Shown: positions 24,188-37,070 of the stretch, piece after piece
Numbering within the stretch: the stretch's first letter is position 1
Layout: each line of letters begins with the position of its first letter
NCBI RefSeq assembly: GCF_006345805.1
Contig: NC_043015.1
Span: 17,856,001 to 17,920,000 of the forward strand
Direction of reading: 5' to 3'
Length of the DNA stretch: 64,000 bases
From: Octopus sinensis
Taxonomy: Eukaryota
Position numbers and translations under genes: made by a program
The notes under the pieces: model-generated
The model's database searches: none
What the model was told of the DNA's origin: nothing
Seen by the model: only the letters and a program-made list of their open reading frames with translations

Positions 24188-26300
24188 TCATCATCATCAT
24201 CATCATCATCGTTTAACGTCCGCTTCCGTGCTAGCATGGGTTGGACGGTTCGATCGGGGTCTGGGAAGCCAGGGGCTGCACCAGGCTCCAGTCTGATCTG
24301 GCAGTGTTTCTACAGCTGGATGCCCTTCCTAACGCCAACCACTCCGCGAGTGTAGTGGGTGCTTTTTACGTGCCACCTGCACAGGTGCCAGGGAGGGTCT
24401 GGCCTCGGCCATGATCGGTTGGAGTTTTTAACGTGCCACCAGCATGGAAGCCGGCCAAGGCGGTGCTGGCATCGGCCACGTTCGGATGGTGCTTTTTATG
24501 TGCCACCGTCACAGAAGCCAGTCGAGGTGGTGCTGGCATCGGCCACGTTTGGATGGTGCTTTTTATGTGCCACCGGCACAGAACCAGTCAAGGCGGCGCT
24601 GGCATCGGCCACGTTCGGATGGTGCTTTTTATGCGCCACTGGCACAGGTATCACAACTACTATTTCCATTGATATTTGTTTCAATGTTCATGTACATGCA
24701 CTTGACTCAACAGGTCTCCTCAAGCACAGCGAGATGTTCCAGGATCCAAGGTACTTTGAATGGGCAGGGGCTATGCGGAACTGGTGCCGGAAGCATCCCG
24801 GGTCTTTGTAGTCACAGCACATCTCCAGAGATCTCGGTCCTTCGCCATTGCCTCAGTGAGGCCCAATGCTCTGAGGTCATGCTTGACTACCTCATCCCAT
24901 GTCTTCCTGGGTCTACCTCTCCCCCTGATTCCTTCAACTGTTTGGGAGTGGCACTTCTTCACACATCTCTCCTCATCCATCCACAGTACATGACGATACC
25001 ATCACAAGCATCGCTCTTGCACACCGCATCTGATGCTTCTTATGCCTAGCATTTCTCTCAGGGTGCTTACACTCTGTCATGCATTCACACTGACATTACA
25101 CATCCAGCGGATCATGCTAGCTTCATTTCTTTCAAGTCTACGCATGTCCTCTGCAGTCACAGCCCATGTTTCACTGCCGCGAAGCATGGCAGTTCGCACA
25201 CATGCATCATACAATCTACCTTTCACTCTGAGTGAGAGACCCTTTGTCGCCAGTAGGGGTAGGAGCTTTCTAAACTTTGCCCAGGCTATTCGTATTCTAG
25301 TGGTGACACTCTGAGCATCCACCTCCACTACTAACTTGGTCACCCAGGTAGCGGAAACTATCAACTACTTCTAGTTTCTCCCCTGGAGTGTGATGGAATC
25401 TGTTTTCTGAGTATTTGTGGTGTCTATTGTCCCTGTGCATCTGCCACACATGAAAGCTATCTTATCAGTTAATTTCCCTTTGATGTTGCTGCACCTCTTA
25501 TGCATCCATAGCTTACACTGGGTGCATCTTATGAAGTTTCTACCTACACCTTTCCTACAGCTCGAGCAGGGCCACTTGCCTGATGGGGTGTGTGCTGAGT
25601 TCGCCTTTCTGCTTACTATAACTTTGGTCTTTGCTACATTTACTCTAAGGCCCTTTGATTCTAACCCTTGTTTCCACACCCAAAATTTCTTTTCTAGTTC
25701 CGGTAGTGATTCTGCTATGAGAGCCAGGTCATCAGCATAGAGGAGCTCCCAAGGGCAACCTGTTTTGAATTCCTCTGTTATTGCCTGGAGGACTATGATG
25801 AATAAAAGGGGACTGAGGGCTGAGCCTTGGTGTACACCTACTTCTACCTGGAATTCTTCACTATATTCGTTGCCAATCCTAACCTTGCTGGCAGCCTCTC
25901 TGTATAGAGCCTGTACAGCCCTTATTACCCATTCGTCAATCTCCAGTTTCCGCATCGACCATCAGATAAGGGATCGGGGGACCCTGTCAAAGGCTTTCTC
26001 CAAGTCCACAAAAGCTATGTAGAGGGGTTTATCTTTAGCTAGGTACTTCTCCTGCAGTTGTCGGACCAGGAATATAGCATCAGTGGTGCTTCTACCCAGC
26101 ACAAAACCGAACTGCATCTCATCTAAGCAAATCTCTCCCTAATGTGATGGGTTATGACCCTCTCTGTGACCTTCATCACCTGATCCAACAGTTTAATACC
26201 CCTGTAGTTATTTCTATCTAGAGCATCACCCTTACCCTTGTAGCAGTTGACTATGTTGCTGCTACGCCAGTCATTGGGTATGACTACATTATGAACTAGT
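24184..26300 (-). mobile_element. RTE-clade LINE copy (RT, PHD-like finger, 3' UTR repeats, (GAT)n tail)
   Basis: GVHQGSALSPLLF, LLYADDLAL, WPCSSCRKGVGRNFIRCTQCKLWMHKRC...CGRC, RGRPRKTW. Confidence 0.92.
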
Positions 26301-26595
26301 ATGACTCCATTATGAACTATATATATATATATTATATATATATATATTATATATATATGTATATATGTTTTTAACGTATATATACACACACACATATATG
26401 ACGTGCTTCTTTTAGTTTTTGTTTACCAAATCCACTCAGAAGGCTTTGGTCGGCCCAAGGTGCCACACAGTGGGACTGAACCTGAAAAAATACACATTAC
26501 ATACAGAACTTATCTCTGTATGTATTCTTCACTCGTTGGTGATGTCCTGTGCATCTTTTATTTTTATAATCGAATGCCACGTAGCCTTGTCCATA

Positions 26596-26638
<43 letters not shown>

Positions 26639-26648
26639 ATATGTATAT

Positions 26649-26682
<34 letters not shown>

Positions 26683-26686
26683 ATAT

Positions 26687-26727
<41 letters not shown>

Positions 26728-27043
26728 CCAAAGGTTAGCGGTTGTAGTAACCGACTAAGGGATAACATATCCATGCTTACTATCGGTATTAGTTACCTGT
26801 GTTATCTCTGGGCATGGGTATGCAGGCACACTATGCTCGTAGGGGACAGGTAACAATAGAATAAACTTTATGATAACATAGGTAGTGCTCTCTTTCTAGA
26901 CATATTAGTAATTTTCTTGTATTATTCTTTTCACAACTTTTAAAACATACTGGTTCCCCCTTTATATGGAAATAACCCGTAATTTTTTTCCCTAGACCAC
27001 TGCTAGATCACTCTTTTTTTGCCTATTGACTTTGAAGCCCTAT

Positions 27044-27677
27044 GAATGTGTTTATAAAACATCATTTTCTCTTGGCTTCCTTGAGAAAATTCTATAGTTT
27101 GTAAGATATTTCGTCTTTAATTTCTTACATTTCGGCAATTTTAACCAATCACTGGCGTCCATTGTGGTAAACAACATTCTGTGCTGTATGAATATGTCCC
27201 TCATTTAAGAAACAGATTGGGTTTATTTACATTTGTGAAGAAAAAAATATACCCTAACCCTAACTAACCCTAAATAGATTGAAATACAATAGATCGATAC
27301 TCGGGTCATAATTATGGATGACAATTTCATATGACACCGCTAGAGAAAATGGCAGTTTTTTCTTGCGGTGTCATATGAAATTGTCACCCATAATTATGAC
27401 CCGAGTATCAATCTATTGCATTTCAATCTATTTTCGATTTAGGGTTGGTTAGGGTTAGGGGTGGGGGAAGGGTATCTTTTTTCTTCACAAATGTAAATAA
27501 ACTCAATCAGTTTCTTAAACGAGGGACATATTCATACAGCACAATGCTTTTTAACTCAATGGACGCCAGTGATTGGTTAAAATTGCCGAAATGCAAAAAA
27601 TTAAAGACGAAATATCTTACAAACTATAGAATTTTCTCAAGAAAGCCAAGAGAAAATGATGTTTTATAAACACATTC
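27044..27677. mobile_element. ~630-bp fold-back (MITE-like) element with internal telomere-like TTAGGG motifs
   Basis: Arms ~27044-27345 / ~27360-27677 are diverged reverse complements; CCCTAACCCTAACTAACCCTAA at 27252-27273 and TTAGGGTTGGTTAGGGTTAGGG at 27439-27460. Confidence 0.8.
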
Positions 27678-28287
27678 TACTAGTATACGAAGTTTAAAAT
27701 TTTTCAGTTACCTAGAAATTATGTTAAAAACTGCCATTCAAACTGAAAAGATCCAATATAAATAAGATTAATAAAAACAAACTGACTTTTCTCCTTGGTA
27801 CGAAAGTACGAAAGTTTATTTTATTAGTTACTGTGGTCAATACAAAACTAGCTTCACGATTCATGTAAAAACCAAATAAATCAATTTTAAAAAATTAATT
27901 TAATTTAGAAGCATATTTTCCAATCTTCAGTTGTATATACCAAAGAGAAAAGTCAGTTTGTTTTTATTTCATTTTTAAGTTTCTCTCAATTTTATAAACA
28001 ACTTACTAAAGTATTTATTTTATCTCCTCATTCATGTGATACTCCTCTTCACTGCAGTTTACTATTCAGTCTCCATTTATTTACCCATTATTACCGTAAT
28101 TATATTCACATATCATCCATTACCCACTAAAACAACTTCTAACCCTCTAACCCAGACATATACCAATATTAGCCATAGAATAATATTCAGTTTGCTGTGA
28201 TGATTCTAAAATATAACACATAAAAACCTAACAGTATATCTTTTTTCTACCTCTCTGAAGAGATTTTGCCTAATATAATGATTTTGA

Positions 28288-28381
28288 TAATTGCTATTTA
28301 ATCTTTTTAGGCTTAATTGAAATGGCTGTAAGGGACTTACAGCCATTTCAATTAAGCCTAAAAAAGATTAAATAGCAATTA
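28288..28381. repeat. Near-perfect palindrome (~45-bp arms, GGA loop) ending at (TA)n
   Basis: ...GGCTTAATTGAAATGGCTGTAAG gga CTTACAGCCATTTCAATTAAGCC... Confidence 0.9.
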
Positions 28382-28689
28382 TATATATATATATACTTAT
28401 ATACAATAGGCTTCTTTCAGTTTCCATCTACCAAATCCACTCACAAGACTTTGGTCTGTCTGAGGCTATATAAGAAGGCACTTGACCAAGGTGCCATGCT
28501 GTGGGACTGAACCCAGAACTTTTTGGCTGGGAAGCAAGTCTCTAACCACAGTCACATATATGAGGAGGTACCCAAAAGTAACCAGAAACATTCTCTGAAG
28601 GACAAGCCCGTTGTAGTTCAGGCTTCTGCCACTAGAATTCACTTGAAGCAACCAGTCTGCCGACTGGTGGCGTCTTTGTTTTGCAGTAC

Positions 28690-29280
28690 ATCTCTCCTGT
28701 TTGTCAACTATTGCACCGGCTGAAATGAAGGAACAGCATGTTTCTGTGAAAGATGGAGCAAACAGTGGCTTAAACAGCTCATGCTTTAAACACCTTACAA
28801 GGATGCAACCACGAGCAAAACACAAGTTTACGAGTGGTTTTCACACTTAAGGAATAATCATTTCTTGCTTGAAGACCAACTTCGTTCAGGATGACAGTGG
28901 ATCTCCCAAACGAATGAAAACATCATGAAAATTCATGAACTGATATTGCAGAAGAACAATTGACGAATTTGTTGATATGACTGGTGTATCCTGGATCTGC
29001 CAACGAATTCCAAATGAAAAGAGTTGCAACAAAATTTGTGCTTCACTTGCTCATGGAAGATCAAAATCAGTTATGCATGTTGTGAACTGAAAGAACAGTG
29101 GGAAGTTGATCTTACTTCCTGCAACTTTTTTTTGTTATGCCAAATGAAAAAAGTCCTTAAAGGAAAACATTTTGCAGATGTGGCAGAGAAGAAGAAAAAA
29201 CGATGGAGGTATCAAACAGTAGAAAACACATCTGGGCTGATGCATTGCTTCAAATGGATAATATTTTGATGCCGATAAAA
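28690..29280 (+). mobile_element. Decayed, internally deleted mariner transposase relic
   Basis: TQVYEWFSHLRNNHFLLEDQLRSG (HTH region) and MKKVLKGKHFADV (C-terminus). Confidence 0.7.
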
Positions 29281-29648
29281 GTGTAAATGTGAATAAAGTA
29301 ATATTGCAAAATAACGGTTTCTTTTGGGTGCCCTGTTGCACATGTGCGTGTGTTTGTGTGTGTTGAAGCACTGCATAGTCATGTATGTCTGTTATTAAAC
29401 ATTTAAACTTATTACTGTCTATCTCTGTGAAGCTCATTGGAATTTCTATAAACATTGAATTAAATTAATGCTTTTCAAAATTTTCCCTAATAACTTTTAA
29501 CTGTTGTAAACCCTTTTTCATATTCATTTTCTATTTTTACCATTGATAAACAAAAAATTGTTGAAACCAGTATTCGAATAATCTTTTACAAAATCTAAAG
29601 ACGACTACATGTTCTGAGATTCAGGTGTATTTTCAAATCCCAAAACAA

Positions 29649-30415
29649 TTGGACTAATCCAGAAATTAATCAATCCAAGGTTAACTATTTTAGGAGTTTC
29701 TGCGAGCCTACTCCCTCGATTTCAACACATGTACAGTAAAAGAGATAATTTTTAAGTGGTTTGACTATTTGGTGTCTATTTTCAGCATAAGTCTCTTCCA
29801 TGCCTTTAACTATAATTGTATTTTATACTATTATAAATCTCTCTATATGAATTCACCTTAATAGGATTGTATTATATGCTGGTCATTGATAAAATCTTTA
29901 ATGGTTTTATTCGTTATTATTATTATAATTGAAAAATTTCCATTCACTTCGGGACAGTCTAGTCAATTCTGTACTACTTTGACTATATACACACATGCTG
30001 AGTTAGAATGTGAAATTCGTGGCAGATGTATTTGTAGTATTTGTATGTAGCTGTAGCTTTGCCTTTGCTTTCCTGTGGGTATGTATAAATATGTCATTTA
30101 TTTCCTTAAGTGTGTCTTGCTGATGAGGAAAAGTTATTGGACTAATCCAGAAATTGATCAATCCAAGGCTAACTAATTTATGAATTTCTGCGAGCCTACT
30201 CCCTCGATTTCAACATGTTGTGTATTGTAAAAGAGATAATTTTTAAGTGGTTTGACGATTTAGCATCTATTTTCAGGATAGGCAGTCTCTTCTGTGCTCT
30301 TAATTATAATTGTATTTTATACTATTATAAAACTCTATATATGAATTCACCTAAATAGGTCTATATTATATGCTGACCACTGATAAAATCTTTAACGGTT
30401 TTATCCTTTACTATT
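29649..30415 (+). repeat. Diverged direct repeat (~270-bp arms, period ~487 bp) whose arms begin inside a hammerhead-like motif
   Basis: TTGGACTAATCCAGAAATT(A/G)ATCAATCCAAGG...GCGAGCCTACTCCCTCGATTTCAAC at ~29649 and ~30137. Confidence 0.8.
30114..30169 (+). ncRNA. Variant type I hammerhead ribozyme candidate
   Basis: GTCTTG CTGATGA GGA..TCC a GAAA TTGATCAA TC CAAGGC. Stem I 6 bp (one G.U), palindromic stem III, AUC triplet; extra A before GAAA is non-canonical. Confidence 0.5.
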
Positions 30416-30454
30416 ATTATATATATATATATATATATGTATGTATAATATATA

Positions 30455-30509
<55 letters not shown>

Positions 30510-30921
30510 ATATATATGTACATACATATTTATATACACACACACATACATGTATGTGTGTGTGCTTGTGTATCTTCCTTTTAATTTCATATATTGCAGT
30601 ACAATCCTGTATGATGCAGCAAGATCTAGTGGTGCAGGGTAAATTGCAGTAGTCAATACTGAACTGCAACCACACATGCCACATTTACCACTGCAAATCA
30701 ACAAGCATTCCAACTGTCACTGTGTTCTTACCCAAACATCATAGAATCTGTCATGCTATTATAAACATGTCACTGTAGAAGCATACAGCCAGGCATTTCT
30801 TTGACATTATCACTTCTGTCATTTTATTATGTAATGTGTGGACATAAACTTATAAAACACATTCACTAAATATACAATATGTGTATTTGCAACTATATGT
30901 ATATATTCATGCATGTGTGCG

Positions 30922-30958
<37 letters not shown>

Positions 30959-30959
<1 letters not shown>

Positions 30960-31610
30960 CAGGGTGTTTCCAGAAAATGTATACACGCTCTTAATAGGTG
31001 ACATCTCAATTTTCACTTCCTTTTAGATTTAACCCACTGGAAATAGAGAAAGGAGCCAGACTAATCTTTGAACAAAGAGAATTTATCTCAAAGTGCTACT
31101 GAACATTTGAAAGTGCTGTTAAAAATGCAAAGACTGTTTAGGAGGAAGTTTCAAACAGAAATGTGCAACCTGAGAATCACAGAAGGAACATAATGTTAAT
31201 TTACTAGGAGTTACATATAATATAGTGCAGCTTATGAATAGAATTAATTGGAGCGTTTCTTTTTAATGGTACTATAACTAGTCCCCTTTACTTGAACTTG
31301 CTGTGACAATCTGTCATGCCAAGCATGACAGATTATCACAGACTTTGAAGATGTGGAGTTTCATTTACTGCAAGATGGGGCACCCTCACAATACCATAGT
31401 AATGTAAGAGTCTACATTAATAAGATTTTGCCAAACAGGTAAATTGGACAAAGAAATTTGGTAGAATACCCTCTGCATTCACCAGCAAAGTTTATGCAAC
31501 AAAACTAGCAACAGTTGATGAAATGGAGGCAGCCATTGAGCAAGGATGTGCACAAATACCAAATGAAATGTTTCTTGATGTTTGCAATTCTTTTGCTTCC
31601 TATGCATGTA
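30959..31610 (+). mobile_element. Tc1/mariner-superfamily relic (QDGAPxH / WPxRSP type)
   Basis: Starts TACAGGGTGTTTCC; LQDGAPSQYHSNVRVYINKILPNR.IGQRNLVEYPLHSP. Confidence 0.65.
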
Positions 31611-32794
31611 CCAATACAGTCATCAGTTGGCAGGTATTCATAAAACTAAATTCTGTCTGTAGATTCTATTAAATTTTGAAAATGAAGTGTATCTTAAACA
31701 CTGACATTCAATGTATATATACATTTTCTCACATATATTGGAGACTACATCAGTCCACTTTCATCCCTTCACTAGGCCAATGTATAAGAGACTGCACAGA
31801 GTCATCCTCATGTTACTAGAATTCCTTTTCTCTAGTGCATCCTCTTTGCCCTCTTCACATTTCTCCACTACTAGACAATGTACTCTTCCCTCCACACAGG
31901 GTCACTTCTACTGACACTCATCACTTACATTTTATCTTTCCATCACTCACCCTCACCCTTCTCTTGTAGTCAGTCATCACCTATCTAACTTCACCCCAAA
32001 TAACATCACAATAATGCTTCTATCTTCCACCTAGCCATCCACCCCTTGTTCATCTGAGCAAAAGTACACACCCTAGATTATTGAGTACTTTTGACACTTA
32101 CTTGCTCCCCTCGCCCACTTTTGCATTCCCTTCACCTCCTATTGCTCCTTCCTGGTCTACATATCTTAGCTCTCTGAGTATTCTCTACATTGTCCTGTGA
32201 GCTGGACACTAGTACCATGTGTATTGGTGCCAAACAGGAAGCTAAAGTTTCATGCTCCCTCAATATGACAATCTCTTTAGTGCTGGTTTTATCAAATGCA
32301 CCGGTATACACTACAGAGGAGTTAGAAAATGTGCAAGAATGTGTAAATCTTTAAGGTCTCTTTATTCAACCTCTCTTGTGTTGGTACCATGAAAAATGTG
32401 CACCTAGTGCAATCTACAAAGTAGTTAACAACAGAAATAGGATTTATTATTACAGCAGACAAATTTTATCAATGTTAATTTTCTTGATGCAAATTAAGAC
32501 TAGATAATGATATTTTCAGACCATACCACAAACCAAATGAGAATTAGTATACACACATAGACAATTAAATCAGCTACCTTGTGTCTTGAAAAACTTGATT
32601 GACAACATTAGTAAATGTCGATTCTTGATATTTTTTAGTGAAGTGGCTTTTATGGGTGCAGCTGGATATTATAATGAAGTGCTAAGAAATAGTGAGCTCT
32701 CTGAAAGGATTAGATATGTAAAACACCGGGAATGCACAGAATAAGAATAGGAATCTATGTCTGTATCTCTATACTACTGGTATTATTATTATTA

Positions 32795-33000
32795 TTTAAT
32801 GGGCTTGCTACCTGCAGCCTACAGTGCCATGTTTTCTGTTCTTTTCAACTATCTATACTTTAACACATTCCTGATGTTTCTGGCCATGGAGGCAAACCTT
32901 TTGTTACAGTTCTACTGGCCACTCTATTTTGATTTCCTTTATATTCCTCTTGATGCCTTCTGATACTGTTTCCAAGGACTCAACAAAAGCTGGCATTATT
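32795..33000 (-). mobile_element. 3' end of a further R4/Dong-like element followed by (TAA)n
   Basis: Minus ESLETVSEGIKRNIKEIKIEWPVEL(L)QKVCL resembles the R4 C-terminus; short 3' UTR then ATAATAATAAT. Confidence 0.55.
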
Positions 33001-33428
33001 TTCACCTTCTTCATTTTCCACAGTCAAACTAACTTATATTTAAGAGTTGTATAAATCTATTTTTTCACCTTCCTTCTTGACTGTTCATGTATCAAATTGG
33101 CATGTAACATCTGATTATTTTTGTCATTAATACAGGGTCTTAGGTTTTTTTTTATTCATTTGCCTGCATTCACCTTTGTATTTAAGTGAAAACATGCTGG
33201 TACTGTCTGTTAGTACCCTTAATTATTAATTGATATATATATATATTTGTTATTATACCAAATATATACGTCTTATTTATTATTTTGCACATTACTTAAT
33301 CGGTATATTTTTTATCCTATATTTAATATTTCTATTATATGTAGTTTTCTAGGTGGTGTAATTTAATTTATCATTTTGAATTGATAAAAGGTGGGTTTTT
33401 TTGTAATTATATATATTATATATATTAT

Positions 33429-33826
33429 ACTAGCAGTATCACCCGGCGTTGCTCATGTTTGTTTTGACCCTTTGGAATTGGAATTTTTGAAAAGTGAAAA
33501 TTTTGCATTATGTAGCTTATTATTATTCACTCTTTAAGTGAACATTTTTCTGAATGAAATACACCGAAAAATAGCGACAGAGAAGTCAAAAAATCGTAAA
33601 AAATCGGGATTTTCATAGAAAAAAATCACCTTTTTGATGTAAATAATTTTTGGTGTTAACATGGTCCGATTTGAGTTTTTTCTTCTTCGGAAGGAAGAAC
33701 AAGCCTTCTTCTATCATACTCTCAATTTTGGTCAACTTGCGCCACAGGGTCTCGGAGGAGATAGTGTTAGTTGAAGGCTGCCAAACCTGCCATACACAGA
33801 CAACTTCAGCTTTATATATAGAGAGA
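33429..33826 (-). mobile_element. Non-autonomous Helitron-like element
   Basis: One end reads GCCGGGTGATACTGCTAG(t) on the minus strand (3' CTAG); the other reads TCTCTATATATAAAGCTGAAG. Confidence 0.55.
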
Positions 33827-34679
33827 TTTTGTGAAATTTGATTTAGTATTTCTAAATTGAATTTTTCCCTGTAAGTTTCGAATAATATTCCCTCAAATTA
33901 TTATTATTATTATATTATTATTATTATTATTATATATATATAGTCAATTCAAAAAGACACAGAGAAAAAGAAAAAAAAAAACAAATGTGTGTGTGAATGT
34001 AGCACAAACAATGTATTAATAAGACGTTCAGAGAAGGAAAAGAGTAGTAGTTTTATGTTTTGAGCATAGCTCTTCTTCAGAAACAGGAAAAACAAAGAAG
34101 CCCAAGACGAAGAAGAAAAAAAAATCGCCAACAATCACATGCAGTTACATTTCTAAAGTAACTAGAAGTAGAAGAGAAATGCTTTCTGGGACAGGTGAGT
34201 GTGAAAATGGTCAGTGTATGTGTGTGTGTGGTAGAGTGTGTATGTATGGTAGTGTGTGTGTAGTAGTAATTGCGTGTGTGTGCATATGTGGTGAGTGTGT
34301 GGGTGTGTGGTAGGATTTGTGTGCATGTGTGTTAGTGTCACTTTGAAAGGTCAGCAGCTATAGTGTCATGTGTGAATGGGTGGGTGTGGTAGTGTGTGTT
34401 TGTGTTTGCATGTGTGCGTGGATGGAAGGGTCAATAGTGAGGCAGAGGCAGTCTGAAGATGGTGTGAGAATGGGTGGGTGTGGCTGTGTGAATGGATGTG
34501 TGTGGTTGTGTGTGTGTGTGAGTGTATGTGTTGGCATGTGTGCATAGACGGAGTGGGATTGTGTATATGTGTGTGTGCACATTTTGTTAACAGAAATATC
34601 ATGTTATTAAGAATAAAATGTCTGATTTTGAACTACACCTAAATTATCAACACAATTTTACCATTTTATCAGTAGATTA

Positions 34680-35690
34680 TTTATACCTGTAGCGAAGAAT
34701 TCTGGAGAGCAAGAGGTGATGAAATCATGAAAGGCTGTTTTTACATGTTCAGATTTGAAGCTTTTCCATGCAAAAAGTTGTCTAATGCCTAGAAAACGTC
34801 ATTGTCAGTTGGTGCAAGGTGCAGTGAATATGATGGATGACAGAGTACTTCCAAGTTCAGTTCCTGTAACTTGAGTAGTGTTCTTTGTGTAACATGTGGT
34901 CAAGCATTGTCTTGCAAGAGAATTGGCTTGTCTCTACTGACTAATCTTGGTTGTTTAATAGCAACTTCACACATCATTTCATCCAGTCATCTGCTGTAAT
35001 TGACTTACCAAGACACCAGTGCTGGATAAACCAAACAGACAGCATTAGCTTTTTTTGGAGAATATTCTTTTTTGGATTGTGTTTATCCAACCACCATGCA
35101 GAATGCATGCTATTGTTGAAAGGAATCCATTTTTCATCACATGTAACAATACGATGCAAAAATGGTTCGCTTTTATGCTGTGACAGCAAAGAGCAGCAAG
35201 TTTCAAGATAACATGTCATTCGATGTTCATTCAGTTCGTGTGGTACCCACTTGTCCAACTTGTTTACCTTGCTGATTTGTTTCAGATGGTCAAATTGGAA
35301 TCAAAACATCAAACCTTACTGCTAACTCACATGAAGTTTGAGATATATCTACAGTTTCCAGCTCATCATTATCCACCTTGGTTTCAGGTCTACCACAGGG
35401 TTGATTTTCAAGAGTAAAGTCACCAGAATGGAACTTCTCAAACCATCGGCATACAGTGCACTCATTTACCACATCTTCACCAAACATCTCATTGATGTTT
35501 TGAGCTGACTGGGGTTCCATGACGTAACTTTTATTCATAAACAGCATGAATTTTTTATCAATCCATGGGTTCACAAGAATTGATTTACAAGAGGAAACTC
35601 CCAATATACTCTGGCACCATGAATTGCATTTGGAAAAGTGATGCTGTAACTCTTCAATGTTGTAAAACAAAGAGCTGTTAGTTAACGACT
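34680..35690 (-). mobile_element. Mariner transposase pseudogene (Hsmar1/cecropia-like)
   Basis: CRWFEKFHSGDFTLENQPCGRP, KWVPHEL, FLHRIVTCDEKW. Confidence 0.88.
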
Positions 35691-35729
35691 GTCAAACTAG
35701 CTGGAGGTGACAGAAGGCCCACAGGATCT

Positions 35730-36330
35730 TCAAACAAAGGAGTAGGGTAGAGGGGTGAAAAGAGAGAGGAAAGGGGATGCGGTTGGAAGATTAGTATGAT
35801 CGATTTGACAAGTGCAGATAAGGACAGTTAGGGCAAGGGTATCCACAATGCATGAACAAGAGGGCCAGGCATTGGGACTGGGTCTCAAAATCCTGGTCCT
35901 GGCTGCACAGGCATGGGAACTGGAAAAGATGGCACATTTGGTGTGGGAGGGAAAAGAAGAGGAAAATTTGAGGTAGGAGTCCGTGGGTTTAAAGAAAGTG
36001 GAGGTGGTGAGAGTGGGTGAGGGGACCAATGGAGAGAGAGATATTGAGGAAGTTTACAGAAGTATCAGAGATGGTAGAGGTGAATTCGAGAAGAGGGTGG
36101 AAGTTAGAAATGAAAGAGATGAAACTGGAGAGTTGTTTGTGGGAGAGGGAGGTAGTGCCTATACGGTCATCTATATAGTGACCGTATAGCTCTGGAGTCA
36201 GTCTGAAGAACTGTGAGAAAATTTGGGCCTCAACATAACTAAAAAATAAGCAAAATGGAGTCCATTCTCCTTCCCTTATGGCCGGGAGGGAAGGTGAAGG
36301 AATTGAAGAGGCAAAGGGCGTGATTAATGT
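35730..36330 (-). mobile_element. Penelope-like RT fragment
   Basis: LYGHYIDD...NFHPLLEFT...VNFLNISLSI, FKPTDSYLKFSSSFPSHTK. Confidence 0.8.
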
Positions 36331-36417
36331 CATGTATATGAGATGGGAGGGCAGCGACTAAGGGGAAAGGATGAGGTCGCTATATATATATATATATTTA
36401 GAGAGAGAGAGAGAGAG

Positions 36418-36670
36418 CTGCCTGACTGGCTCTTGTGCTTGTGATACATAAAAAGCACCATTTGAGCGTGGTCTATGCTAGTTCTGACTGGTGGCACATA
36501 AAAAGCACCCACTACACTCTCAGAGTGGTTGGTGTTAGGAATGGAATCCAACTGTAGAAACCTTGCCAGATCAGACTGGAGTTTGGTGCAGCCTCCTGGC
36601 TTGCCAGTCCTCAGTCAAACCATCCAATCCATGACAATATGGAAAGCGAATGTTAAATGATGATGATGAT
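36418..36670 (+). mobile_element. RTE 3' UTR-only fragment with (GAT)n tail
   Basis: Shares CACCCACTACACTC..GAGTGGTTGG..TTAGGAA and the tail with the RTE copies. Confidence 0.75.
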
Positions 36671-37070
36671 GAGAGAGTCAGCAGATGAGATCCAGTAATG
36701 CTCAATGTAGAAAACACTTTGTAGTACTCAAATGATTTAAGCTTACTCTCTGAAATCTTTATTGAGGACTAATTTTGCGAAGTAAAGAGTGGGTATAACA
36801 GGAATCTAGGTGAACTAATACATAAATAATGATGCAAATAAATAAATAAATACACTTGGGCTTGATATATGAAATATACATACACATATTCATGTAAGAT
36901 ATAAGTAAGATTCAGTTGAATTAGGTATTTAAGTTGAGGTACCTCACTAGGTCAGACTAAGGACACTTGTCCTTCACTTGTTACTTATTCATATGCATGT
37001 AAACATATATAGGGATAGAGAGAGAAATAAAAACTGAAAATATTCAAATGAACATTCATGTATACATATA

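Noticed and set aside
32639-32745. Possible host exon EVAFMGAAGYYNEVLRN...
   Set aside because: Short frame after a plausible acceptor, but no recognisable homology, no partner exons and no convincing donor.
32757-32963. Hydrophobic + strand ORF as a membrane protein
   Set aside because: It is the antisense of an R4-like 3' end plus (TAA)n.
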